Below, in pieces: positions 37,519-46,174 of a DNA stretch of 64,000 bases. How positions within the stretch are numbered: position 1 is the stretch's first letter; every line of letters starts with the position of its first letter. The notes under the pieces are model-generated. The model had not been told where the DNA came from and ran no database searches. It worked only from the letters and a program-made list of their open reading frames with translations. This DNA is from a bacterium (lineage in GTDB: Bacteria > UBA8248), in the NCBI GenBank assembly GCA_965219955.1, contig OZ244799.1, forward strand, positions 2,560,001-2,624,000, in the 5' to 3' direction. The position numbers were made by a program, and so were the translations under genes.

Positions 37519-38514
37519 ATGCCCCGAACACCATCTCCCGCGGCCGGGATCGCCGCAGCGCTCGCCTCGCGGGCAGAGGACGTCTGCCGCCAATACCTGC
37601 CCGGGGGCAAGAAGCAGGGCCGCTATTGGATAGCGGGCGACCTCAAAGGCTCGCCCGGACGCTCGCTCTTCGTCCGCCTGAAGCCTCCGGGCGCGCCGGG
37701 CAAGTGGACCGACGCGGCCACCGGCGAGCACGGCGACCTGCTCGACCTGATCCGCAGCCGTTGCGCCGCGCCGACGCTGCGCGCGGCCATGGACGAGGCA
37801 CGCGCCTTCCTCGCCCTGCCCGCTCCGCCGCCCACCGGCGAGGGCCCGCCATACGACGCCAGGGAAGCGGCGCGGCGCATCTGGCGGGGTTGCCGTCCGC
37901 TCGACGGCGGCCCGGGAGAGGCCTACCTCCGCGCCCGGGGGATCACGCGGTTCCGCTTCCCCTCCCTGCGCTTCCACCCAGCGCTCTACCATCGCGAAGC
38001 CGACCGCCGTCTGCCCGCCCTGGTCGCCGCCGTGACCGACACCGAAGGCGCGCTCCACGGGGTGCACCGCACCTGGATCGATCCCGGTGCGTCCGCCAAG
38101 GCCGGCGTCCTCCCCACTCGTAAAGCGCTCGGCCGGGTCTTCGGATACGCCGTGCGTTTCGGCGCCCCCGGCGCCGCCCTCCTGGTCGGGGAGGGCATCG
38201 AGACGGTTCTCTCGGTAGTCACCGCGGCGCCCCGTGTCCCCGCCGCGGCCGCCCTCTCCGCAGGCAGCCTCGGCGCCTTCGTCCCCCCCGAGGGGGTCTC
38301 TTGCCTCATCGTCGCACGAGACAACGACCCGGAAGGCGAGAGGGCTACGGAACGCCTGGCCGCTCGCTGCACACGAATCGGGGTCGCCACCCGCGTCATC
38401 GTCTCCGAACGCGGAGACTTCAACGACGACCTCGCTGCGCTCGGCGCCGCCGTCCTCGCCGCACGGCTCGCTCCGCTCTTCCGCCTGGCAGGAGTCGGAG
38501 AGGAGCGGGGTTGA
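37519..38514 (+). CDS. Toprim-domain primase-like protein
   Basis: GKWTDAATGEHGDLLDLI, YLRARGI, GEGIET, ARDND, DFNDDL. Confidence 0.9.
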   Translation: MPRTPSPAAGIAAALASRAEDVCRQYLPGGKKQGRYWIAGDLKGSPGRSLFVRLKPPGAPGKWTDAATGEHGDLLDLIRSRCAAPTLRAAMDEARAFLALPAPPPTGEGPPYDAREAARRIWRGCRPLDGGPGEAYLRARGITRFRFPSLRFHPALYHREADRRLPALVAAVTDTEGALHGVHRTWIDPGASAKAGVLPTRKALGRVFGYAVRFGAPGAALLVGEGIETVLSVVTAAPRVPAAAALSAGSLGAFVPPEGVSCLIVARDNDPEGERATERLAARCTRIGVATRVIVSERGDFNDDLAALGAAVLAARLAPLFRLAGVGEERG

Positions 38515-38547
38515 GTGGGGCGAAGCCCTGGTGAAAGGAGGGAGAGA

Positions 38548-38775
38548 ATGGACACCATCACCTTCAAGCGAATCGCCCCGCACGAGTCCCGCATCTACGC
38601 CGGGGGCGAGTATGTCGGCGACGTCTACCGCCGCGACGATATCCTCGCCCCCGGCCATGTCTTCTACGTCGTGCACCTCGACGAGGACCCCCGAGGTCCC
38701 CGGCGCGTGCACGAACGCCGCCGCATCCGCGAGGTCGCGCAGCGCCTCGTCGATTCACACCCGTTGTGGTCGTAA
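38548..38775 (+). CDS. Hypothetical protein
   Basis: AAGGAGG RBS, 75 aa. Confidence 0.6.
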   Translation: MDTITFKRIAPHESRIYAGGEYVGDVYRRDDILAPGHVFYVVHLDEDPRGPRRVHERRRIREVAQRLVDSHPLWS

Positions 38776-38991
38776 TCGGGAGTCAGTCGGCCGCGCCTGC
38801 ACGTGCAGCCGGCCTATATACGTCTGGCGGGGGGGCGGCGGAAGGATAACGCCGTCCTGCTGCACAGCCGGCCCGCCGCCGGGGGGTCGCCTCCCGGCGG
38901 CGGCTCCGCCGTTCGTCGTATACGTATCGCCGTCTCGAAGCCGTCCAGGTTTCCTCTCGCCGGGGACCGCAGGCCGGTGCCTCAAAACGGG

Positions 38992-39265
38992 CTAGCTCAC
39001 GGCGTCCCTGAGCGCCTTGCCCGCCCTGAAGACCGGCGTATTCGAAGCCGCAATGGCGACGCTCTCGCCCGTGCGCAGGTTGCGCCCGGTGCGGGCCGGA
39101 CGGCTTCTCCTTGAGAACCTGCCGAACCCGACGATGGCGACGGCCTCATCGCGCGCAAGCGCCTCGCCGATGGCCGACAGCATCGCTTCGAGCGACCTTC
39201 CCGCGGCCGCGTGGCTCAGGCACGTCTCAGAGGCCAGGTGGAGCGACGACTTCAAGCTTCCTCAT
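38992..39265 (-). pseudogene. HU family DNA-binding protein with a 1-nt frameshift after codon 8
   Basis: GFGRFS...ARTGRNLRTGE...PVFRAGKALRDAV; the ATG at 39265 (MRKLEVVA) is out of frame by one base. Confidence 0.8.
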
Positions 39266-39493
39266 TCGTTCCCTCCCGGTATGGGCGGTGGATTGCACGC
39301 CACTATGCACCACCGGGATGCCGCTGAGAAGCGGACGGCGGCCCCTCACGTCCCACGAAAGTTCCGACACCGGTTGCGGACCCACCCTGGCAGAGGAAGA
39401 GCGAAGCGGGGAGCCGGGCAAATGCCCGGTAGGGAGAGGGAGACGGTCTCCAACTCCCGCTGCCGGGTGCGACAACTGATAGGAGGCTTAGCC

Positions 39494-39625
39494 ATGTACG
39501 AGAACGACTTCGACGTCGATGTTCCCACCACGGACGAACTGCTCGCAGAACTCGGACTCGACGCGTACACGATCCGCAAGATTCGCGACGAGGCGGGGGG
39601 CGAGGAGGAGTTCAGGAGGGAATAG
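39494..39625 (+). CDS. Small acidic protein (43 aa)
   Basis: AGGAGG RBS; MYENDFDVDVPTTDELLAELGLD... Confidence 0.55.
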   Translation: MYENDFDVDVPTTDELLAELGLDAYTIRKIRDEAGGEEEFRRE

Positions 39626-39701
39626 GGCAGATTGGGGGATCGGGGAGAGAGGCTTCCCGGCCCCTTCCACTTCATCATCTACACCACGAAGGAGAATCAT
39701 C

Positions 39702-40145
39702 ATGGCATTCGGACTCAACAGAGCGGAACTGATCGGGCGTCTCGGCGCCGACGCCGACATCAACCACCTCACGAGCGGCGGTCGCGTCGCCAACCTGTCC
39801 ATCGCGACGGATGAGGGCTACGTCGACAAGCAGAGCGGCGAGCGGGTGGACAAGACCGAGTGGCACCGAGTCGTGACCTTCCAGCCCGGGCTGGTCGACA
39901 TGTTCGAAAAGCACGCGAAGAAGGGCCGCCTGGTCTACATCGCGGGCAAGCTCCAGACCCGCCGCTGGAAGAAGGACGAGGAGGACTCTGATCGGTTCTC
40001 GACCGAGATCCTCATCGCGCCGGGCGGGCGCGTGCAGTTCCTCGACAAGGTGAACGGGAACGGAAATGGCAACGGTAACGGCAACGGCGCGCACGCCGAG
40101 GCGACGGTGCCCGCAGGCGTAGCCGGGGACGACATCCCGTTCTAG
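39702..40145 (+). CDS. ssb: Single-stranded DNA-binding protein
   Basis: LNRAELIGRLGAD, TEWHRVV, GKLQTRRW, C-terminal DDIPF. Confidence 0.95.
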   Translation: MAFGLNRAELIGRLGADADINHLTSGGRVANLSIATDEGYVDKQSGERVDKTEWHRVVTFQPGLVDMFEKHAKKGRLVYIAGKLQTRRWKKDEEDSDRFSTEILIAPGGRVQFLDKVNGNGNGNGNGNGAHAEATVPAGVAGDDIPF

Positions 40146-40151
40146 GTTCGC

Positions 40152-40188
40152 AAGGGGTCGGCGCTTCGGCGTCGGCCCCTTTTTCTTT
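40152..40188 (+). terminator. Intrinsic terminator after ssb
   Basis: GC-rich stem closed by a CTTCGG loop, followed by a T tract. Confidence 0.8.
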
Positions 40189-40284
40189 GCTCCTTATCCA
40201 GAGAAGGTCCGCTCTGTCTGCCCTCTCATCTACCGGGAACACCCGGTAAATCCTCCGGTTCCGTGAACGTGTATGGACGCGCCC

Positions 40285-40539
40285 AGGATTGCAAGCATGG
40301 TCTTGAATAGTTCGGCGCAAAGTGGTCAGGCGCATTCGTGTATCCGGCCTCTCGATTGCGGCGTTTTTTTGCCGCGGGCCCGTATGGAGATGCGAGGATC
40401 GGGTCCATATCGATGAAGCGAGCTTGAAAGCTCTCCGTTCAGCGCCTGGTTTTCCCGATCCCGTCTCGATGACCGTTTGCCCCTACGTTATCCTCCGACC
40501 TGCTCACATTCCTCCCGGCTATACTTGCTCGCCCGCCGA
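40285..40539 (-). ncRNA. Bridge/seek RNA of the IS1111-type element (limits approximate)
   Basis: Segments matching target (40436-40441, 40411-40417) and donor junction (40353-40358, 40337-40343). Confidence 0.8.
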
Positions 40540-41565
40540 TCAGATGACCGGCGCAGGCTCCCTGTAGACCTGTTTGTTCGTCATCAGCGCCCAGGCGATG
40601 CGCGCCATCCTGTTCGCCAGCGCCACCGCGACCAGCATACGAGGCTTGCGCGCCAGCATCCGGGCCAGCCACGAGCCCGGTGGCGCGCCGCGCTGGTCCG
40701 CCCAGCGCACCACCACCATCGCGCCCATGATCAACAGCCGCCTGATGTCGCGCTGACCCATCTTCGATATCTTGCCCAGCCGCGCCTTGCCGCCCGTGGA
40801 GTGCTGCCGGGGTACGAGTCCGAGCCAGGCGGAGAAGTCCCGCCCGCACCGGAAGCTCTCCATCGGCGGCGCGAAGGCCAGTATCGCCGACGCGCAGATC
40901 GGCCCGACCCCCGGGATGCTCATCAGACGCCTCGCCTCTTCGTCCTCGTAAGCGCCGGCCCGGATACGGCTCTCCAGGTCCCCGATCTTCCTGTTGAGGC
41001 CGGCAATTTGCCCGAGCAGAAGCCCGCCCAGTTCGTGCACCGTCTCCGGCAGCCCCGAGTCCGGGTCCGCAACGGCCGACGCCAGCCGCGCGACGTGAGC
41101 GAGACCCTTGGGAGCGATGACGCCGAACTCCGCCAGGTGCCCGCGCAAGGCGTTGCTCGTCTGCGTACGCTGGCGAACCAGCAAGTCGCGTGTGCGGAAC
41201 AGCATCCCCAGGGACTGCTGCTCTTCGGTCTTCACCGCCACGAACCGCATCGTCGGCCGGGAGGCCGCCTCGCAGATCGCTTCCGCATCCGAGGTGTCGT
41301 TCTTCTGCCGTTTGACGAAAGGCTTCACGTAGACCGGTGGCATGATCTTCACCTCATGGCCGAGTTCACCGATCTCGCGGCCCCAATAGTGCGCGCTCCC
41401 GCATGCCTCCATCGCAACCTCACACCGCGGCTGCGATTCCAGAAAACCCAATACCTTCCCCCGGGTCAGCTTCTTGCGGAACGCGACCGACCCGTCCGGG
41501 CGCGCACCGTGGAGTTGAAAACCGTGTTTCGCCAAGTCGATACCGATGATGTGGACCTGTTCCAT
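40540..41565 (-). CDS. IS110 family DEDD recombinase/transposase (341 aa)
   Basis: IGIDLAK, MEACG, KNDTSDAEAI, GLVPRQHSTGGK; GGAGG RBS. Confidence 0.95.
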   Translation of the reverse strand: MEQVHIIGIDLAKHGFQLHGARPDGSVAFRKKLTRGKVLGFLESQPRCEVAMEACGSAHYWGREIGELGHEVKIMPPVYVKPFVKRQKNDTSDAEAICEAASRPTMRFVAVKTEEQQSLGMLFRTRDLLVRQRTQTSNALRGHLAEFGVIAPKGLAHVARLASAVADPDSGLPETVHELGGLLLGQIAGLNRKIGDLESRIRAGAYEDEEARRLMSIPGVGPICASAILAFAPPMESFRCGRDFSAWLGLVPRQHSTGGKARLGKISKMGQRDIRRLLIMGAMVVVRWADQRGAPPGSWLARMLARKPRMLVAVALANRMARIAWALMTNKQVYREPAPVI

Positions 41566-41858
41566 CTCGCTCCTCCCGCAGGGCGGTAGACGATGTCGTC
41601 TCGCCCTAGTGTGATGGCGCCGGGAGGGCGCGTCCACCCCATCGATGAACCGTGTTCCCGGAAGATCGGCATGCTCCTGCCAATCATTCCATATTCAAGA
41701 CAGTGGCTCGATCTACCCCCCGCTGCGGGAATTTCGGGCCGAAAAAACGGCCCGAAATGACCCTTTCCGCAGCATGAGAGACTGTTTCCCGATGAGCTTC
41801 GCCTTCATCGTGAAACACCAAAGGCTCTTGTGTCCCGGTGGCGGTACTACCCTCTCTC

Positions 41859-42049
41859 TCTTAGCGCTCCCATTTTAGCACGCACGGCGCGGGGTCAAGG
41901 GTGCTTTTGCAAAAAACGCAAAAGCATCTTTTTTCAGAAAAAATCGGTGAAGCGTGGATTTTTTCCGCTGCGCGCCCTCCGGGTGAAAAAAGACTGAAAA
42001 CCGCCCCTGACGCCCACACCTAGCACGTGCTGAAAATGGGACGCTAAGA
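41859..42049 (+). promoter_or_regulatory. Frpo-like single-stranded-DNA promoter hairpin
   Basis: Long imperfect IR TCTTAGCGCTCCCATTTTAGCACG / CGTGCTGAAAATGGGACGCTAAGA with nested hairpins; TTGACC and TAAAAT on the minus strand of the left arm. Confidence 0.65.
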
Positions 42050-42084
42050 AGCGCATCCGTTAACTCTCTGGAAAGGAGAAAGGC

Positions 42085-42456
42085 ATGGAAACCACCGTGG
42101 TGAACCTGAACGAATATGTAGCAGAAAAAGGCCGTGGCTTGCTGGTCAGGATCGACCGCACCACGAAATGGGGAAATCCCTACCATCTCGGCGTGGATGG
42201 GGTCCGCGACAGCGTGATTGAAAAATACCGGCGATGGCTCTGGGGAAAAATCCAGGGCCAGGAGATCGATCTTCACGAACTCGCCGACCTGCAGGGAATG
42301 GAGCTTGGCTGCCACTGCCATCCCCTTCCGTGCCACGGCGACGTCCTCGCACGCGCCATCGATTGGGCCGCCGGCTATCTCGACAAGATGCCGAAAGAAG
42401 TGGGGCGCAACGAGCGTGGCTACGCTCTTCCCGAATTCAACTATCCCCTCGCTTGA
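42085..42456 (+). CDS. DUF4326 family protein
   Basis: IDRTTKWGNPY...IEKYRRWL...LGCHCHPLPCHGDVL. Confidence 0.9.
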   Translation: METTVVNLNEYVAEKGRGLLVRIDRTTKWGNPYHLGVDGVRDSVIEKYRRWLWGKIQGQEIDLHELADLQGMELGCHCHPLPCHGDVLARAIDWAAGYLDKMPKEVGRNERGYALPEFNYPLA

Positions 42457-42477
42457 GGACAACGAAAGGAGTGAACG

Positions 42478-43431
42478 ATGACTGCCACCGCGACACACAA
42501 GGAGATGATCATGCACGAGCATACGGAACACGAAGCGCAGAACGAATCCTTCACCGCCATGGTCTGCGAGCAGGCCGCACTCTTCGGCGCGACCCCCGGG
42601 CCGGACGAGTTCGACAACCGGCCCGTCTGGGGCGAGGCGGAGTCCACCGCCGCCGTCCTCAAGGCCTTCGTCGCACTCGCCGAAGCCGCACCCGACGGAA
42701 CCCAGCTGGCGGACGAGCGGGCGAGCCTCCTGTGGGGCTTCGTCAACACCCTGGACGCCCAGACACAGCGGCTCGACCGCGCCGCCGACAAGCTCATCCC
42801 CGGCATCCGTGAAATGCAGCGCGAGCAGGACGGCTCCGAGATCAGGTCGCGTGAACTCGAACTCGCGACCGACCGGGCGCAAAACCTCACCGCCCGCCGC
42901 GACGCCTTCGAAGGACTGCGCGACGCCGCCGCAGAGGCCTACCGCGTCGAGACCGGCGAGGTATGGCGCCCGAGGCGAGGATCGCACGTCAGCCAGACCG
43001 GCAAGCTCACGTCGGCGGTGATCGAGGCGCGCGACTTCCAGCGCGCGAAAAAGGACCGCGAGAACACGGCCCACCTCCCCCAGGGAACGCTCGTCGCCGT
43101 CGCGGGAGGCAAGGAAGCCACCGACGCCGGTAAAATCATCGGCCAGCTCGACAAGCTGAAAGCCAAGTACGCCGACGTCGTCCTCGTCCACGGCGGCGGC
43201 CCCGGTGCGGAGAAGATAGCGGCTGGCTGGGCCGAGCGGAACGGCGTCCACCAGATCGTCTGCAAGCCCGACTGGGACGCCCACGGCAGGGCCGCTCCCT
43301 TCAGGCGCAACGACGAGCTGCTCTCCCTCCTCCCCAAGGGCGTGATCGCCTTCCCGGGTTCGGGCATCACGGACAACCTCGTCGACAAGGCCCGCACCCT
43401 CGGCATCCCCGTGCAACGCGTGGCCGCCTGA
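42478..43431 (+). CDS. DUF2493 / YspA-like SLOG domain protein
   Basis: VAVAGG, LVHGGGPGAEKIAAGWA, AAPFRRNDELL, IAFPGSGIT. Confidence 0.88.
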   Translation: MTATATHKEMIMHEHTEHEAQNESFTAMVCEQAALFGATPGPDEFDNRPVWGEAESTAAVLKAFVALAEAAPDGTQLADERASLLWGFVNTLDAQTQRLDRAADKLIPGIREMQREQDGSEIRSRELELATDRAQNLTARRDAFEGLRDAAAEAYRVETGEVWRPRRGSHVSQTGKLTSAVIEARDFQRAKKDRENTAHLPQGTLVAVAGGKEATDAGKIIGQLDKLKAKYADVVLVHGGGPGAEKIAAGWAERNGVHQIVCKPDWDAHGRAAPFRRNDELLSLLPKGVIAFPGSGITDNLVDKARTLGIPVQRVAA

Positions 43432-43616
43432 TGTGAACACTCCTCGGGTCGCGTCGTCGTCGCCCGGCGGCGGCGCGGCCCGTCGCTTCTCCTGATTGCT
43501 CCGCTCGCCTCCTCTCGCTCACTCGCCGCGGCGGCTCCCGCTCGCCATCCTCTCCGGCGAAAATTCCCCTGTCGTTCGTTCCCAAGAATCCGCCGTTAGC
43601 CGCCCTTCGGCGCTTC

Positions 43617-43903
43617 GGATTTCACACCGGACGCATCGCCGATGCGGGTGTTGCGGAGGCTGCGAATAACTGCGACCCCCTGCGCTCCTCCTTGATTGTT
43701 CATCCCCCCGCGCATCCCCGTCGTGCCGAGATAAGTGCGTCGCATTTGCGACGAACCTCGATCCGGGCAACAATATCAACAGGTTAGGGGGAGGCCTGAT
43801 GCGCTCTTACGGTATAGATTCTCCGCCAGATACCAATTGCGTCGCAGACCGGTGTTCGCACGAATATGACTCCTTACAGCTTGCGTCGCAAAAACGACGC
43901 AAG
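43617..43903 (-). promoter_or_regulatory. oriT: MOBF nic site plus accessory-protein boxes
   Basis: Minus strand CGCATC-GGC-GATGCG hairpin running into TGCGTCCGGTGT/GAAA; three TGCGTCGCA boxes. Confidence 0.8.
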
Positions 43904-44051
43904 ACACGGATGCGCAGGGACATGATCGATCGGCGCATCCAGGCGCGAGAATGCGGTGCGTAACTCTGTTTCGGCTTCCAAAAGGCGCCTACAAGAGTCA
44001 AAAACATCTCACATAAACGGCAATTCAGAGAACGAAACGGGGGAGCACGCC

Positions 44052-44393
44052 ATGGGAAAAACGATCAACAAGCACATCCGAATCGATGAAGACCACTGGA
44101 AACGGATCGAAAAAGCCGCTCATGAGCGGGGGATTTCCCCGAGCCGGTTCATGACCTCGGCGGCGCTCGAGGCGATCGAGGGGCGGGATTGGCCGCGCAC
44201 GGAGGCGGAAATTCACCTGCTTCGCTCCGCCATGTTCACTGCGCAGGCCATCATCCGCGACATGGAGAGGGCCGGACGCGAGGAAGAAATCGAGCAAATC
44301 AGCAAAAGCATTTCCCAAGTCGCACCTGAATTGCCGGGCAATTCGGCAGCCGAACCTTTGGATCAGGCGGATACAAGAACCAACGATTCGTGA
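44052..44393 (+). CDS. Ribbon-helix-helix protein, probable relaxosome accessory factor
   Basis: KHIRIDEDHWKRIEKAAHERGISPSRFMTSAALEAI; adjacent to oriT. Confidence 0.75.
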   Translation: MGKTINKHIRIDEDHWKRIEKAAHERGISPSRFMTSAALEAIEGRDWPRTEAEIHLLRSAMFTAQAIIRDMERAGREEEIEQISKSISQVAPELPGNSAAEPLDQADTRTNDS

Positions 44394-44789
44394 ATCGATA
44401 TCCACCATCCAGGTGTCAATAGCGCAACGAAACGGTTGGAAAGTTCAGTCTCGCTGGGTCGCGATAACGGGCATCTTCCCGGACCCCTTCGGCATCGGGC
44501 TACGACGGGATACGCTCATTTGGCTGACAGCCACTTTGACGATCCAGCGGAGAGGCTCGGAAACGTGGTTATCGCAACTGTGACAAGACGCAAAACATCA
44601 GACCCGCCATGACACACCCCTCGCTCACTTCTCCGGCAAATCGGGCCTATTTCGTCGTACCGAATTGGTAAGATACCGTACTTCTTCCTGGTGTTACGGG
44701 CGACTGAGGGTTGAGGACACTCACGAAAGTAAAACCATTTGGTTTGGGAATCATATGGCCATTTCGCCGCCAGGAGGAGGTATTTTGAA

Positions 44790-46100
44790 TCATCGTGATT
44801 TCAACTCTCTCACAGAACGGACGAAATCGACATGTTTCGCGCGAGATTCCGCAGTAACAGGGATTTCGGCCGCCCTTATCTCGGCACAGATCGTTTCCAT
44901 CTCCTCGCGCGTCAAGTCCGGATACGATGAGCAATTAGAGGAGCTAACGATGTAGCGGTACAGATCCGCCAAACCCATGCAAATCACGCCTCGCATCCGC
45001 CATGTTTCATTCTGATTCGCTATCTTCTCGTGTTCATCAAACGGCAGGAATTCGTCCGCCGTTTTCAGGTGTGCATCCCCCACGAACGCCACGATTGGCC
45101 GAAGCAGCCAACGATCAACGATGTTGAGTTTAAGAAGAGCCTTTGCGTGCCCTTCGTTTTGCAATAGCGGATTGTAAAACTTGAACTTCTTCGACTTGAT
45201 TCCTGCTTTACGAGACCGGCGGCCTGCCTTGAATAATTGCGTCCACTGCTTCTGGCCAGGCTTTCCGAAGACCCACCCGCTCATTTCTTTGGTCTCAATC
45301 AAAAATACAGCGCTTGGCGACACCAAGATATGGTCGATCTGCGTTGTCCCTTGTCCGGAAGGCAGCATGACGTCATTGATCAGCATCCAATCCCTGTAAC
45401 GTCTCATCAACTCCCGACCCACCAAACGCTCGCCGTCGTTAATCGGAGTTGCTGTCAAATCTCGTGCATGGCCGTCCTGAATCCAGCGGCCTACCCTCCC
45501 GTTTCTTTTATGTCCAAACCATCGATGAACCTCACGTCGGCGATCATGTCTGTCAGATGACGGAAGCCGCGTAGCCAGCCCTGTCGCTTCTCGGCGCTCA
45601 TGGCGAACTGATGCACGAGACGCAGCGCCGTCTTCTCGCTCAGGCAGTTCCTGGTCTTCGCCGTTCGCGGCCGGATGGTGGCGAAGGTCTACTTGATGGG
45701 GTTTATCGTCCGAAGGCTCTGCCAGTGCGTCGCCGGGAAGTCGTAGAGGACGAGCAGTTCCTCCCGACGGCGTTGGCTGAGGCGAAGCAACTTTTGTGGT
45801 GCCGAGTTTCCGGCCGAGCAGATACAGGAGAAGTGCTAAAACGATAGCGCCCCCGACCCAAACATCCAATAGGCCATCCACCAGGTCAGGAACTAATGCC
45901 GTCCAGGACACGGCACTCTCGGAAGCGGAAAATTCAGGCATATTTGCGTTGTAGACAACAATCTTTTGGCCAACCAGCACCAAATCAGGATTTTCGATAT
46001 GATTCCATCTCTGCAATGCGTCCACGCTGACGCCGTAACGAGCCGCTATCTCGGAAAGCGTCTCTCCTGGCTCGACATGCGCAACTATGATTTTGTTCAT
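44790..46100 (-). CDS. LysM - transmembrane - NERD nuclease fusion protein
   Basis: VEPGETLSEIAARYGVSVDALQRWNHIENPDLVLVGQKI; TM helix; GERLV...QIDHILVSPSAVFLIETK...NPLLQNEGH. Confidence 0.88.
   Translation of the reverse strand: MNKIIVAHVEPGETLSEIAARYGVSVDALQRWNHIENPDLVLVGQKIVVYNANMPEFSASESAVSWTALVPDLVDGLLDVWVGGAIVLALLLYLLGRKLGTTKVASPQPTPSGGTARPLRLPGDALAEPSDDKPHQVDLRHHPAANGEDQELPEREDGAASRASVRHERREATGLATRLPSSDRHDRRREVHRWFGHKRNGRVGRWIQDGHARDLTATPINDGERLVGRELMRRYRDWMLINDVMLPSGQGTTQIDHILVSPSAVFLIETKEMSGWVFGKPGQKQWTQLFKAGRRSRKAGIKSKKFKFYNPLLQNEGHAKALLKLNIVDRWLLRPIVAFVGDAHLKTADEFLPFDEHEKIANQNETWRMRGVICMGLADLYRYIVSSSNCSSYPDLTREEMETICAEIRAAEIPVTAESRAKHVDFVRSVRELKSR
45446..45769 (-). mobile_element. 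IS256-family 3' fragment with terminal inverted repeat, embedded in the LysM-NERD ORF
   Basis: Alternate frame REELLVLYDFPATHWQSLRTINPIK*TFATIRPRTAKTRNCLS...VRFIDG, then CACGAGATTTGACAGCAACTC. Confidence 0.85.
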
Positions 46101-46174
46101 TTCGGCTCCGCGCCAAGACGAGGTCAACTAAAGATTTTGCATTCTCTGAAATCTGCCGAACCAACCTCTCGTGT

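Larger units (their letters stand above)
40270..41644 (-). mobile_element. IS110 family, IS1111-group insertion sequence
   Basis: Subterminal IRs TGGACGCGCCC (40274-40284) / GGGCGCGTCCA (41626-41636); CG core at both junctions; long non-coding end 3' of the transposase. Confidence 0.92.
1250..44393. mobile_element. Integrative conjugative element backbone (MOBF relaxase, MPF-F); cargo probably continues rightward, ends approximate
   Basis: Integrases, relaxase, coupling protein, F-type tra genes, excisionase, leading region and oriT, next to chromosomal-type genes. Confidence 0.9.

Noticed and set aside
40053-40088. (Asn-Gly)n repeat in SSB
   Set aside because: Codons vary; ordinary low-complexity SSB linker
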